NCBI GenBank assembly: GCA_965262615.1
Contig: OZ253545.1
Location: 448,001 to 512,000 of the forward strand
DNA: 64,000 nucleotides
Reading direction: 5' to 3'
Origin: Alphaproteobacteria bacterium
GTDB taxonomy: Bacteria > Pseudomonadota > Alphaproteobacteria > GM7ARS4 > G965262615
This document shows positions 51,922 to 61,462 of the stretch, piece after piece; position 1 is the stretch's first letter, and the number at the start of each line of letters is the position of its first letter. The translations under genes and the position numbers were made by a program. The notes below the pieces were generated by a model. The model was not told the origin of the DNA. It saw only the letters and a list, made by a program, of their open reading frames with translations, and made no database searches.

Positions 51922-53660
51922 GATGATGGTTCGTCACGGCGCGGCGTGACCATCAGAGGCGGATGATGGGTGCGCGCCACCAGATGACTGTTGGAATTGC
52001 CAATAATAAGAATGGTGTTCATGTCAATGGCATCGGCATTGAGTTTTTCAAGTTGAGTGACAATTGAATGTTCCTGTGGGTGATTAAGATGACGAGCGAT
52101 GATGATGGGTGTCTCGGGCGCACGATGCTCGCGAATGAGCTGCAGACATTCGGTGAAGAAAGCGTGTCGCTTGGTGGAGGTGGGATTGTAGAGGGCGATG
52201 ACGAATTGGGCAATGAGGGCATGGGTGAGCCGCTCACGAATAACATCTCGCTGCGTGAGCAAATCGGACAGTGAAATGAGGGCGGTGTCGTGTCCCACAG
52301 CTGCGCCGTGGCGACTGCTGGCTTCTTGCATCGCGCTGACACCGGGAATGATGGTGAGCTCAATGCGCTGCCATGATGCCTCGCCGTTCTGTAGGCACTC
52401 AATCGCGGGCGATGCCATGCCGTAGATGCTCGCGTCACCTGACGACACCAGAGCCACATTGCGTCCTTGATTGGCAAGGGTGAAGGCTTTGCGGACACGC
52501 TCTTCTTCTTTGCCGATGGCATAGGGAAAGAATTCGGCGGTGTGTTGAAATTCGTCCAACAAGGAGAGATAGGCGGAAAATCCAACGATGGCATCGGCTT
52601 GACACAACGCATTGTGGGCGCGGCGCGTCATGGAATCTGTGCCGCCGCCGATGCCGATGATGGTGAGGCGTCCGCGTGTGTGTCCTGCGAGTTCCGTCAT
52701 GGGATGGCGCGTAAGGCTCACCGCAAGGGTGACATCGCCAAGGGTGGTTTTAGGAATGATGAGCCGTCCGTGCGTTCCCACCGCCGCCAATGCCGCACTT
52801 TCTGCCACGCCGTACACACCCACCTCACGAAAAACGCGCGTTGATGGATGACGCAGACGATGATGCTGCGCCGCCAGTTCATCTTTGCTGAAAAAACGCG
52901 CCGCGCGCCGATGGTGATGAGCCACATCATGAATGGCTTTTTCATCCATTTTGATGTCCAAAGAGAAAAATCCCGCAATGGCAAGAGGATGAAGGCGATG
53001 ACGCGTCAGCAATTGATGCAAAGCATCAATCATGGCTTGAGATGAGGCATGGCGCACACAGCCCACTCCCACCGCCAGCCGCCCTGGCACATAAACCATG
53101 TGATGGGGATGCTCTTTGCGGGTGCGCCATGAAGCCATGAGGCGAATGGCAGCGTCCGCCTGATAGGGCAGGTGATGCAGCCATGCCAGGTCATGATGCC
53201 ACCGCACCGCCTCCCCTTGAGCCACTCGCGCCGTCAATGAGGCATAACGGCTATGAGGTTGCCAGTGCCATCCGTCTGGCGTTTCACTGAGAGCGTGTCC
53301 CCACAGAGTTTGCGCGGCGGTGGCGGGCAGAACGGAAGATTCCTTGAGAACGGTAATCACGGCATGCACCCAACGGCTCGCGCCGTGATGACTGTTGGTG
53401 AGAGGCAACACATATGCTCCTTGTGGATGGACAAGAATTAAAGGGGCATCGTCTCCTTTTTTGTGCAAAAAGGGAGCAAAATGACGCACCAAAATCCCCG
53501 CCGCCATCACCCCAATGATTGCCGTGCCGTGCCGAAATGCCGTGATCGCTTGAGGCAATTGGTGCGGCACAATCATGAGACGCAATTTCAAAGAAGCCGC
53601 CAGCTTCTCGGCAAGAGGCGCACCATGACCGCCCACCGTGATGACAACGGCATCAGTCAT
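51918..53660 (-). CDS. cobJ: CbiG/CobE - precorrin-3B C17-methyltransferase (CobJ/CbiH) fusion
   Basis: N-terminal CbiG-like (GILVR, K..D.P, HHGA; GVGC, K.DE, GVAESAAL); C-terminal methyltransferase (VSSGD..IYGMA, PGVSA, GHD...ISLSDLLT, YNP.S). Confidence 0.9.
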   Translation of the reverse strand: MTDAVVITVGGHGAPLAEKLAASLKLRLMIVPHQLPQAITAFRHGTAIIGVMAAGILVRHFAPFLHKKGDDAPLILVHPQGAYVLPLTNSHHGASRWVHAVITVLKESSVLPATAAQTLWGHALSETPDGWHWQPHSRYASLTARVAQGEAVRWHHDLAWLHHLPYQADAAIRLMASWRTRKEHPHHMVYVPGRLAVGVGCVRHASSQAMIDALHQLLTRHRLHPLAIAGFFSLDIKMDEKAIHDVAHHHRRAARFFSKDELAAQHHRLRHPSTRVFREVGVYGVAESAALAAVGTHGRLIIPKTTLGDVTLAVSLTRHPMTELAGHTRGRLTIIGIGGGTDSMTRRAHNALCQADAIVGFSAYLSLLDEFQHTAEFFPYAIGKEEERVRKAFTLANQGRNVALVSSGDASIYGMASPAIECLQNGEASWQRIELTIIPGVSAMQEASSRHGAAVGHDTALISLSDLLTQRDVIRERLTHALIAQFVIALYNPTSTKRHAFFTECLQLIREHRAPETPIIIARHLNHPQEHSIVTQLEKLNADAIDMNTILIIGNSNSHLVARTHHPPLMVTPRRDEPSS

Positions 53661-54372
53661 GGTGGATCGCACCGCGAGCGGGAATTAAAACGAGGGAGAA
53701 ATAACCATCGTCACCCATGGTGCTCCATTGGGAGAGAGGAAAGACTGCCATTTCACCGTCACGGTCTTGCGCGAGAAAACTGTGTTGCAACAAATGGTGA
53801 CGGGTGCAATGGTCTATGAGGCTTTGCCAGAGATCTTTTTGCGAGGTCACTTTGAGCAACACGACTCCTTCGCCGTCACTGAGGCGCGCCAATACATGAT
53901 TCAGGCGACCAAAGGGCGCAATGGTGAGCAGATCATCGCCCATGGCAATGGCTTGATTTGCCAGCGCGGCGGCATGACTCATGGCACTGACGCCGCTCAT
54001 GACACGACAGGGATAATCACTGAGATGCGCGCGCAGATGCCAATAGCTGCCATAGAGCAGCGGGTCACCAAGACACAAATAGGCGACATCTCTGCCTTGT
54101 TGCAAAAACCGCGCAAGATTTTCCCCATGATGACGATAGCGCGCCACGCGCGCCTCTTCTTTTTGATGCAATGGCAGCACGCACGGATGCAGTTCAGCAC
54201 CCTGAGGCACAAAGGGTTGAGCCAACCGCAACGCGCGTGAATCACCATCATGGTCACTGGCGGCATAGGCAATGACGGGATGGCGCGCCAACAATTGACA
54301 CGCGGCATGAGTCATTTGATGCAAAGCAACGCCCACACTCACGCCATAAAAAGTTCCTGTGGATGATGTCAT
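53653..54372 (-). CDS. cobI: Precorrin-2 C20-methyltransferase (CobI/CbiL), divergent
   Basis: GTFYGVSVG, LCLGDPLLYGSY, GVSAM..AAA, V.LK, YFSL. Confidence 0.85.
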   Translation of the reverse strand: MTSSTGTFYGVSVGVALHQMTHAACQLLARHPVIAYAASDHDGDSRALRLAQPFVPQGAELHPCVLPLHQKEEARVARYRHHGENLARFLQQGRDVAYLCLGDPLLYGSYWHLRAHLSDYPCRVMSGVSAMSHAAALANQAIAMGDDLLTIAPFGRLNHVLARLSDGEGVVLLKVTSQKDLWQSLIDHCTRHHLLQHSFLAQDRDGEMAVFPLSQWSTMGDDGYFSLVLIPARGAIHHD

Positions 54373-55583
54373 GATGGTTTCTGCCAAATCCATTGCAGCA
54401 AGGGGCGATTGCTGTGAAAGGCTTCGTGCTGCGGTGTGAGAGATTCAACCTGCGACCATTGCAAATGACGCAGCACCCCGCCGCGCTGTTGTTTGTGGTG
54501 CATGAGGGCGTGTTGTGCCGCCAGTGTGATGGCATGGGCGACAAGGATGCCATCGTCATGCAACCGAGCAAGGCAGTGCCCGATGAGGTCGTTGTCAGAG
54601 ATGCCGCCGCCGATGAATATGGCGTGTGGCGAATCGTCAGTGGGACAGCAAGCGGGCGCATCTCCTTTGATGAGCGTCAGACGGCTCGCAACGCCCCACC
54701 TGTCGGCATGAAGGGTGATGGCATCACACAGCCGAGCTTGTCGCTCAATGGCGATGGCGCGATTGCGTTTATGAGCCCGCAGCCATTCAATGGTGATGCT
54801 GCCACTGCCAGCCCCAACATCCCACAATGTGCCGCCCTGAAAGGGACGCAGTGCCACCAGTGCAAGCGTGCGGGGGACGAATTTGGTGGCGGTGTGCTGT
54901 GTGAAATGGTCATCATTCAAGCCCAGCCGTGGCGGCAGGGATTGATTGTCACAATGGCAAGTGAGTGCCATGATGTGACGCTCATGGCATGATGGCATGG
55001 CAGACCAGTCGGCGACATGCCAGTGACTGATGGATTCCTCATCTTCTTCCAATTGTTGCAAAAGGCTAATCTGTGAATTGCCGTAGCCATGAGAACAGAG
55101 CCACTCAGCACATTGAGCAGGGGGCACGGCGGGGTCACCGAGAATCAAATAGCGTCCGCCATTCTCCAGCCGAGGCAGAAGAGAATGCAACGGGCGACCA
55201 TGAATGGAACAACAGGTGATATCTTCCATCGCCCATCCCATGCGCGTCGCGGCATGACTCAGAGAGGACACCGCGGGCAACACAATGACGGTGTGTTTTT
55301 GGGCATGGCGGCGCACAAATTGCGCCACGCCAAAAAAAGACGGGTCACCACTGGCAAGAATGGCGATGGTGCGATGGCGGCTGAACAGGGTGTCATTGTC
55401 AGCAAAGGGTTTCTGCCACTGTTTGTAAGGGCGGTTGTGATGCGCCACGCGCGCCCGATGACGCTCCGCTCCCACGATGATTTCCGAATTACTGATGTAA
55501 TCATCGGCGCGATGAGGCAACTTCTCTTGGTTATGAAGCGGCACGCCGATGATGGCAATCCACGAATGAGCCAATGACATCAT
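54369..55583 (-). CDS. cobL: Precorrin-6B C5,15-methyltransferase (decarboxylating), CbiE-CbiT fusion
   Basis: G..RH, LASGDP.FFG, S.HGR; WDVGAGSGSI.IEW, AIFIGGG. Confidence 0.92.
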   Translation of the reverse strand: MMSLAHSWIAIIGVPLHNQEKLPHRADDYISNSEIIVGAERHRARVAHHNRPYKQWQKPFADNDTLFSRHRTIAILASGDPSFFGVAQFVRRHAQKHTVIVLPAVSSLSHAATRMGWAMEDITCCSIHGRPLHSLLPRLENGGRYLILGDPAVPPAQCAEWLCSHGYGNSQISLLQQLEEDEESISHWHVADWSAMPSCHERHIMALTCHCDNQSLPPRLGLNDDHFTQHTATKFVPRTLALVALRPFQGGTLWDVGAGSGSITIEWLRAHKRNRAIAIERQARLCDAITLHADRWGVASRLTLIKGDAPACCPTDDSPHAIFIGGGISDNDLIGHCLARLHDDGILVAHAITLAAQHALMHHKQQRGGVLRHLQWSQVESLTPQHEAFHSNRPLLQWIWQKPS

Positions 55584-56197
55584 GAATGGTGCGCGGCGGC
55601 ATTGATGGCAGCCGCAGCAAGGGCACTGCCTCCCCGCCGTCCTGTGAGGGTCACAAAGGGAATGGTGGCATAGTGGCTTAAAAATTCCTGTTTGGCTTCC
55701 GCCGCGCCCACAAATCCCAAAGGAAACAGCGCAATCGCCGCGGGCAAGGGTGCGCCGTCACGCCATAGATTCATCAGTTCATACAAAGCGGTTGGTGCAT
55801 TGCCGATGGCAACAACCGAATTTTGCAAATGAGGTAGCCAATGATGAACAGCACAGGCGGTACGCGTCTTGCCTTGTGATGCGGCATCTTTCGCACTCAC
55901 CTGATGCAAAAAGCACAATACATTATTCTGGCGCGGCAGGCGATGAGTCATGATGCCGGCGCGCGTCATCATGGAATCTGTTAAAATCGGGTGTCCTTTG
56001 GTGAGAGCATCACCAGCTGCCGTCATAAAGCTGTCATGCCATTGCAGCTGAGGGACAATATTGGGGTCAGCAACCGCATACACCAATCGCTCCACCAATG
56101 GCGCGGGGGCATGAGGCGGCAGTGTGAGCGTTGCGCGCAAACGCTGCCTTGATAACTGCTCAATGGCGGCAGGCTCGCTCACATAATCAAAAGACAT
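55580..56197 (-). CDS. cobH: Precorrin-8X methylmutase
   Basis: IGNAPTAL, P.GFVGAAEAK, GRRGGS..AAAAINA. Confidence 0.95.
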   Translation of the reverse strand: MSFDYVSEPAAIEQLSRQRLRATLTLPPHAPAPLVERLVYAVADPNIVPQLQWHDSFMTAAGDALTKGHPILTDSMMTRAGIMTHRLPRQNNVLCFLHQVSAKDAASQGKTRTACAVHHWLPHLQNSVVAIGNAPTALYELMNLWRDGAPLPAAIALFPLGFVGAAEAKQEFLSHYATIPFVTLTGRRGGSALAAAAINAAAHHS

Positions 56198-56202
56198 CTG
56201 CC

Positions 56203-57210
56203 CTAGAACGCACGCTTGAGGGATGACGGACCCAAAGGATGATCATGATGGGGATAGGGCGGACGATCATCATGACCATGAGAATGATGAGAATGGTGCG
56301 CATGGTCGTGCCCATTGGCAAGCAAGCCCTCCACATGATGATGGTGACCCGCTTGCGGCAATCCCACCTCATGAGCAAAGGCGGGCATGGGAACTCGGTA
56401 CTTGCACAGATGACAATTCATCACCGCTTGAGATGAGGACGAAAGACACTCTTGCAATCGCTCCAATGCCGTTTGGGTAAGCAGCTCATGACGATTGAGA
56501 TAGGGTGCACAGACAATCTCTCCTGCTCGCCACTCCGCCGCAATCTGCTGGCTATGTTCATAAATGCGTTTGACCAAAATTCCCGTGAAGAGAAAATAGG
56601 GAAAAACAATGATTTGCTTGAAGGGCAGCTGGATGGCATGGGACAGTGCCGCTCTTGTCAAAGGAAAGGTGACACCGGAATAGGCGACTTCCAGCCAGCC
56701 AAAGCCCATGTTTTCCTGCAAAAGACGCGCCACCTTGCTGACATTGCCATTGGCATCGGGGTCCGATGAGCCGCGCCCCACAACCATCAGTAATTGGTCA
56801 TGACGAGGCAACGGCGATGGCATGTGTGCCAAAGCCTCTTCAATGCGCAGGCAGGACAGCTGAATCAGACGATGGTCTAAGGAGAGATCGCGCGCCATCT
56901 CAATGGTGACACCATGATGGCGCGCCGATTCTCGCAATGCGGAGGGGACATCATTTTTGACATGCCCCGCAGCAAACAGCATCACGGGCAGGGCGATGAT
57001 ATGACGACACCCCTGCCCAGCCAGCGCACTGATGGCATCATGCAAAACGGGCGTTGCGAATTCCAAATAGCCGTAGCTCATGATGACATTGGGGGCAAGC
57101 GCGGCGCGGATATCATCGGCAAAATCGTGAAAAGAGGCAATGGCTTCTTCATCCCGTGAGCCGTGTCCCACCAAAAGAACGCCCAGAGGCGGTGATTTGT
57201 GTTTGTCCAT
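56203..57210 (-). CDS. cbiX: CbiX-family sirohydrochlorin cobaltochelatase with MxCxxC motif and His-rich tail
   Basis: GHGSRD, YLEFA.P, AGHVKND.P, GRGSSDPDAN, PYFLFTG.LV, MNCHLCKYR, HHHHVEG, YPH.DHPLGP. Confidence 0.92.
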   Translation of the reverse strand: MDKHKSPPLGVLLVGHGSRDEEAIASFHDFADDIRAALAPNVIMSYGYLEFATPVLHDAISALAGQGCRHIIALPVMLFAAGHVKNDVPSALRESARHHGVTIEMARDLSLDHRLIQLSCLRIEEALAHMPSPLPRHDQLLMVVGRGSSDPDANGNVSKVARLLQENMGFGWLEVAYSGVTFPLTRAALSHAIQLPFKQIIVFPYFLFTGILVKRIYEHSQQIAAEWRAGEIVCAPYLNRHELLTQTALERLQECLSSSSQAVMNCHLCKYRVPMPAFAHEVGLPQAGHHHHVEGLLANGHDHAHHSHHSHGHDDRPPYPHHDHPLGPSSLKRAF

Positions 57211-57272
57211 AGGCTCACAATAAGATAGAAAGACCAGTGAGGCTAGAGCTCTTTTTTGATGACAGTGATTTT

Positions 57273-58202
57273 ATGACAGTGACACTCTTCACCGATGAGG
57301 TTTTTGCCCTTCACGACACGGGAACGGGTCATCCAGAGACGGCGGCGCGCGTGGAGGTGATTGCCAAAGCCGCGCGCGATCTCAAAAAGGCAGTGGCGTG
57401 GCACACCACAGCGCGCGAGGCAACCGATGAGGAGCTGCAGCGGGTGCATGAGCGTGGCTACATTCGTCAGTTGCGAGGAGCATCCCCGAGCGAGGGGCGT
57501 GTTTTTTTGGATGGTGACACCATCCTGTCGCCGCAAAGTTTGCGGGCGGCGCGTGTCGCATGTGGCGGCGCGATGATGGCGGTGGATGAAATGCTGGCGG
57601 CGGGAGGCGGTCATGCCTTTGTGTTGGCGCGCCCGCCAGGGCATCATGCCACGCCGCAGCGAGCGATGGGGTTTTGTCTTTTCAATCAGGCGGTGATGGC
57701 GGCGCGCCATGCCATGCATCACCATCGGCTGGACACTGTGGCAATCATTGATTTTGATGTCCATCACGGCAATGGCACGCAGGATTGTGTGTGGGAGGAT
57801 GAGCGGTGTTTTTATGGCTCGGTGCATCAGTATCCGTTTTATCCGGGAACGGGGGCTGCCGATGAGGTGGGACGATTTCGCACCATTCACAATGAACCCA
57901 TTCTCGGCTACACAGAGCCCGCCGTCTTTCATGAGGCAATGGCGCGCATTTTGGAATCCATGATTCGCTTTGCGCCGCAAATGGTGGTCATCTCGGCTGG
58001 ATTTGATGCCCATCGCGATGACCCCCTCGCCATGTTGCATTTGCAAGAAGAGGATTTTGCTCGGCTCACCGATGCCATCATTGGCGCGGCGCGCAGTGTG
58101 GGCGTGCATACGGTGATTTCCGTGTTGGAGGGAGGCTATCACTTGCGAGCATTGGCAAGCAGTGCTAAAGCTCATTTGCAACGATTGAGTGATTCAGCAT
58201 GA
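57273..58202 (+). CDS. Histone deacetylase family (AcuC/AphA-like) amidohydrolase
   Basis: HPE...R, RPPGHHA, MGFCLFN, DFDVHHGNGTQ, SAGFDAH..DPL, LEGGY. Confidence 0.95.
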   Translation: MTVTLFTDEVFALHDTGTGHPETAARVEVIAKAARDLKKAVAWHTTAREATDEELQRVHERGYIRQLRGASPSEGRVFLDGDTILSPQSLRAARVACGGAMMAVDEMLAAGGGHAFVLARPPGHHATPQRAMGFCLFNQAVMAARHAMHHHRLDTVAIIDFDVHHGNGTQDCVWEDERCFYGSVHQYPFYPGTGAADEVGRFRTIHNEPILGYTEPAVFHEAMARILESMIRFAPQMVVISAGFDAHRDDPLAMLHLQEEDFARLTDAIIGAARSVGVHTVISVLEGGYHLRALASSAKAHLQRLSDSA

Positions 58203-58471
58203 ACGACCAACCCAAAGCCACTGAGAAGAAAAAAATTTCCGCCATGACTTTTGAAGAAGCCATGACGGAATTGGAGACTCTTCTGCAATGGGTGGAAAAA
58301 GGAGAAGGCTCACTGGAGCAATCCATCGCCGCCTATGAGCGCGGCATGGCACTGGCAGAGCATTGTGGGACATGTTTGGCAAAGGCGGAGCAAAGGGTGG
58401 AGCAGATTAAAGAGAGTAACGGCAGCGTCACCCAAGAGCCTCTGTCTTTGTTTGATGAGGACAAAAAATGA
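58199..58471 (+). CDS. xseB: Exodeoxyribonuclease VII small subunit
   Basis: TFEEAM.ELE......E.G..SLEQSI..YERG..L...C...L..AE.RV. Confidence 0.95.
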   Translation: MNDQPKATEKKKISAMTFEEAMTELETLLQWVEKGEGSLEQSIAAYERGMALAEHCGTCLAKAEQRVEQIKESNGSVTQEPLSLFDEDKK

Positions 58472-59370
58472 CCCGCTTTGCGGATGCATCCTTTGACGAT
58501 GCCAGTGCTTTTGTCGCCGCGCGCATGGAAGAATTATTGGCTGATGCCATTGCTCATGAGTCCCATGCGCCGAGCCGTCTGCGTGATGCCATGGCGTATA
58601 GTGTGCTGGATGGCGGCAAGAGATTGCGTCCGTTTTTTGTGCTGGCAAGCCACCATCTTTTTTCCGATGATGACGCACCCGCATGGCGCGTGGCAATAGC
58701 GGTGGAGATGATTCACTGCTACTCCCTTGTGCATGACGACCTGCCTGCGATGGATGATGATGACCTGCGGCGCGGCAGAGCATCGTGTCATAGGCACTAT
58801 GATGAAGCCACCGCCATTTTGGTGGGTGATGCCTTGCAGACTCTGGCTTTTGCCATTCTTGCCGATGAGCGCGCTCATCCTGATGCGCGACGCCGCGTGA
58901 CCTTGATTGCGGAGCTGGCGCGTCGCGCTGGCGCACAAGGCATGGTGGGCGGGCAGATGGCGGACTTGCTCGCCGAAGGACAATCCCTCTCGTTTGATGA
59001 CATCGCCCAGCTGCAACGCATGAAGACGGGAGACTTGCTCATGTTTGCCATCACCGCGGGGGCATTGCTCAATGATGCGTCCGATGACGATTATCAGCGT
59101 CTGGCGCGCTACGCTCAATGTGTGGGGCTTGCTTTTCAAATCAGGGATGACATTCTTGATGTGCAAGGCTCATCCGACCAATTGGGAAAAACATCGGGCA
59201 AGGATGAAGCCTCAGGCAAGGCGACTTTTGTTCATCACTTGGGATTAGCCCAGGCGGAGCAAAAGGCAGCCAGCCTTATTGATGAAGCCGTTGCAGAAAT
59301 TGCTCCCTTTGGCACACGCGCCCGCCTTTTGCAAGAAGCCGCGCATTTTATCATCGGACGCCATGCGTGA
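58468..59370 (+). CDS. ispA: Farnesyl diphosphate synthase
   Basis: GGKRLRP, HCYSLVHDDLPAMDDDDLRRG, GMVGGQ, KTG, FQIRDDILD. Confidence 0.96.
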   Translation: MTRFADASFDDASAFVAARMEELLADAIAHESHAPSRLRDAMAYSVLDGGKRLRPFFVLASHHLFSDDDAPAWRVAIAVEMIHCYSLVHDDLPAMDDDDLRRGRASCHRHYDEATAILVGDALQTLAFAILADERAHPDARRRVTLIAELARRAGAQGMVGGQMADLLAEGQSLSFDDIAQLQRMKTGDLLMFAITAGALLNDASDDDYQRLARYAQCVGLAFQIRDDILDVQGSSDQLGKTSGKDEASGKATFVHHLGLAQAEQKAASLIDEAVAEIAPFGTRARLLQEAAHFIIGRHA

Positions 59371-60208
59371 TGAAAAAATCATTCAAGATGAGGTCAAACG
59401 CGCAGGCAGTTCTTTTTATGCCGCCATGCGATTTCTGCCCACCACGCAAAAACGCGCGCTCTTTGCTTTGTATGCTTTTTGTCGCCATGTGGATGATATT
59501 GCCGATGATGATGACACTTTAAGCACGCAAAGAATGAACCAATTGCAAAAGGAGCAAAAGACATTTCATCGGTTGTTTCACGGCAAAAAAAGTGTGGCGG
59601 TCACGCCGCTGCAACGAGAATGGCAGTGGGTGATTCAATCGTTCCCCGTGTCTTTTGTCGATTGTGATGCCATCATTCAAGGCATGATGATGGATTGTCG
59701 CGCCCCCATCGTTGCGCCCTCTTTGCGTCAATTGGATGATTATTGCGACCATGTGGCATCGGCGGTGGGACGACTCTGGCTGGCGATTTTTGGTGATGTG
59801 TCATCCCATGCCCGCCGTTATGCCCATCATTTGGGACGCGCCTTGCAGCTCACCAACATCGTGCGGGACATTGATGATGACGCACAACGCGGCAGGGTGT
59901 ATTTGCCGCGCGAATGGCTTGCGGGAAAAAAAATCCCTTGCGATGATGTGGCATCTTTGGTGCGTCATCCCGCATTGGATGATGTGGCGCGCGAGGTAGC
60001 GCGTGAGGCGCGTGACCATTTTATCAAGGCAAATCAGGAAGCGCGCCATGTGAAAAAACGCGCGGTGCGCCATGCCAGCATCATGGCGGATGTCTATGAA
60101 CACATGTTGCACCGCCTGTGTGCCAGAGGATGGAAAACGCCGCGCACCTCCATGCGGGTGGCTCGCTGGCGGGTGGCGTTTTATGTGGCGCGGCGGCATC
60201 TGTGGTGA
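59363..60208 (+). CDS. hpnD: Presqualene diphosphate synthase
   Basis: GSSFYAAMR.LP, YAFCRHVDDIAD, YCD.VASAVG, LGRALQLTNIVRDIDDDA.RGR.YLP; next to hpnE and shc. Confidence 0.88.
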   Translation: MRDEKIIQDEVKRAGSSFYAAMRFLPTTQKRALFALYAFCRHVDDIADDDDTLSTQRMNQLQKEQKTFHRLFHGKKSVAVTPLQREWQWVIQSFPVSFVDCDAIIQGMMMDCRAPIVAPSLRQLDDYCDHVASAVGRLWLAIFGDVSSHARRYAHHLGRALQLTNIVRDIDDDAQRGRVYLPREWLAGKKIPCDDVASLVRHPALDDVAREVAREARDHFIKANQEARHVKKRAVRHASIMADVYEHMLHRLCARGWKTPRTSMRVARWRVAFYVARRHLW

Positions 60209-61449
60209 TGGAACGGCGTTTTTTCATCATCGGCGGCGGGCTGGCAGGACTCGCCGCCGCCGTCAAAGCGGCAGAGACCCACGAGGTGCACATCTTTGAA
60301 GCCGCCACACTGCTGGGAGGACGATGTCGCTCCTTTCACGATGACACACTGGGAATCACCATTGATAATGGCAATCATTTGATTCTCAAAGCCAATGAGA
60401 ATCTGTTCTCGTATATTCATCGCATCAATGCCACCTCCCGCATGAACTATGCCACGCGGGCGCGCTATCCTTTTTTTGTGAAACAAACCGCATCCCATGT
60501 CACTCTTGATTTTGGCAACGGACGGCATCCACTGGGCATGGCAAAAACCCTATGGACGATGCCTCACGGCGGATGGCACTGTTATCGCTCATTGATGACT
60601 CTGTGGCGCGCATCGCCGCAGAAAACAGTCGCTCAATGTTGTGATGCATCCCATCCCAGTTATGATTTTTTTTGGAACATGCTGTCGCTGGCAATTCTCA
60701 ATGGCGAGGGAGATGTTTCATCGGCGCACTCATTGGCGCGAGTCATGAAAAAACTGGTTTTGACGGGAGGCGAAGGAATGTGTCCCGTCATGCCTCGGAA
60801 GAATTTGGCGGACGCTTTGATTGACCCCGCCATAACATTTCTCAACCATCACGGTGCAACCATTCATCTGCAAAAACCCATCACCAAGCTGGAGACTCAC
60901 AAGGGACATGTGACCGCTTTGCTCACCAAAAATAATCAGCGCATTGCCGCCCGCCAGACCGATCGCGTGATTGTGGCAGTGCCTGAATATCAGCTGGCGC
61001 GCCTGTTGCCCACTGTGTCTGTGCCGTCTCACTACAATGCCATTGCCAACATTCATTTTGCGTTTTCTCATGATTTGCCGCCCTCTGTGATGGGGGTTGT
61101 GGGCGGCTATAGCCATTGGATTTTTGTGCGCCAGTCTCATGTGTCGGTGACCATATCCGCCGCCGATGACCTACCCACGCGCTTGAACGAGCTCATCACG
61201 CCCATCTGGCATGAAGTGTGTGATGCGTTGTCTTTGTCGGCTCATGAAACTGTGCCGCCTCATCGCTGTCTTGTGGAGAAGCGGGCGACATTTGCGCAAA
61301 CACCGATGAATGAGTCACTGCGTCCGCCATGCACCACTGTCTGGCACAATGTTTTTCTGGCGGGACAATGGACTCGCACGGGGCTTCCCGCAACTCTGGA
61401 AGGAGCGGTGCGTTCAGGACATCTTGCGTTTGCCGCCGCCGTGAGGTAG
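60208..61449 (+). CDS. hpnE: Hydroxysqualene dehydroxylase (FAD-dependent)
   Basis: IIGGGLAGLAAA, GGRCRSF.D...IDNGNH, EKRATF, TGLPATLEGAVRSG. Confidence 0.93.
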   Translation: MERRFFIIGGGLAGLAAAVKAAETHEVHIFEAATLLGGRCRSFHDDTLGITIDNGNHLILKANENLFSYIHRINATSRMNYATRARYPFFVKQTASHVTLDFGNGRHPLGMAKTLWTMPHGGWHCYRSLMTLWRASPQKTVAQCCDASHPSYDFFWNMLSLAILNGEGDVSSAHSLARVMKKLVLTGGEGMCPVMPRKNLADALIDPAITFLNHHGATIHLQKPITKLETHKGHVTALLTKNNQRIAARQTDRVIVAVPEYQLARLLPTVSVPSHYNAIANIHFAFSHDLPPSVMGVVGGYSHWIFVRQSHVSVTISAADDLPTRLNELITPIWHEVCDALSLSAHETVPPHRCLVEKRATFAQTPMNESLRPPCTTVWHNVFLAGQWTRTGLPATLEGAVRSGHLAFAAAVR

Positions 61450-61462
61450 AAGGGGAGTTTCC

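Noticed and set aside
57211-57272. Cobalamin riboswitch upstream of cbiX
   Set aside because: The gap is only about 60 nt and shows no B12-box.
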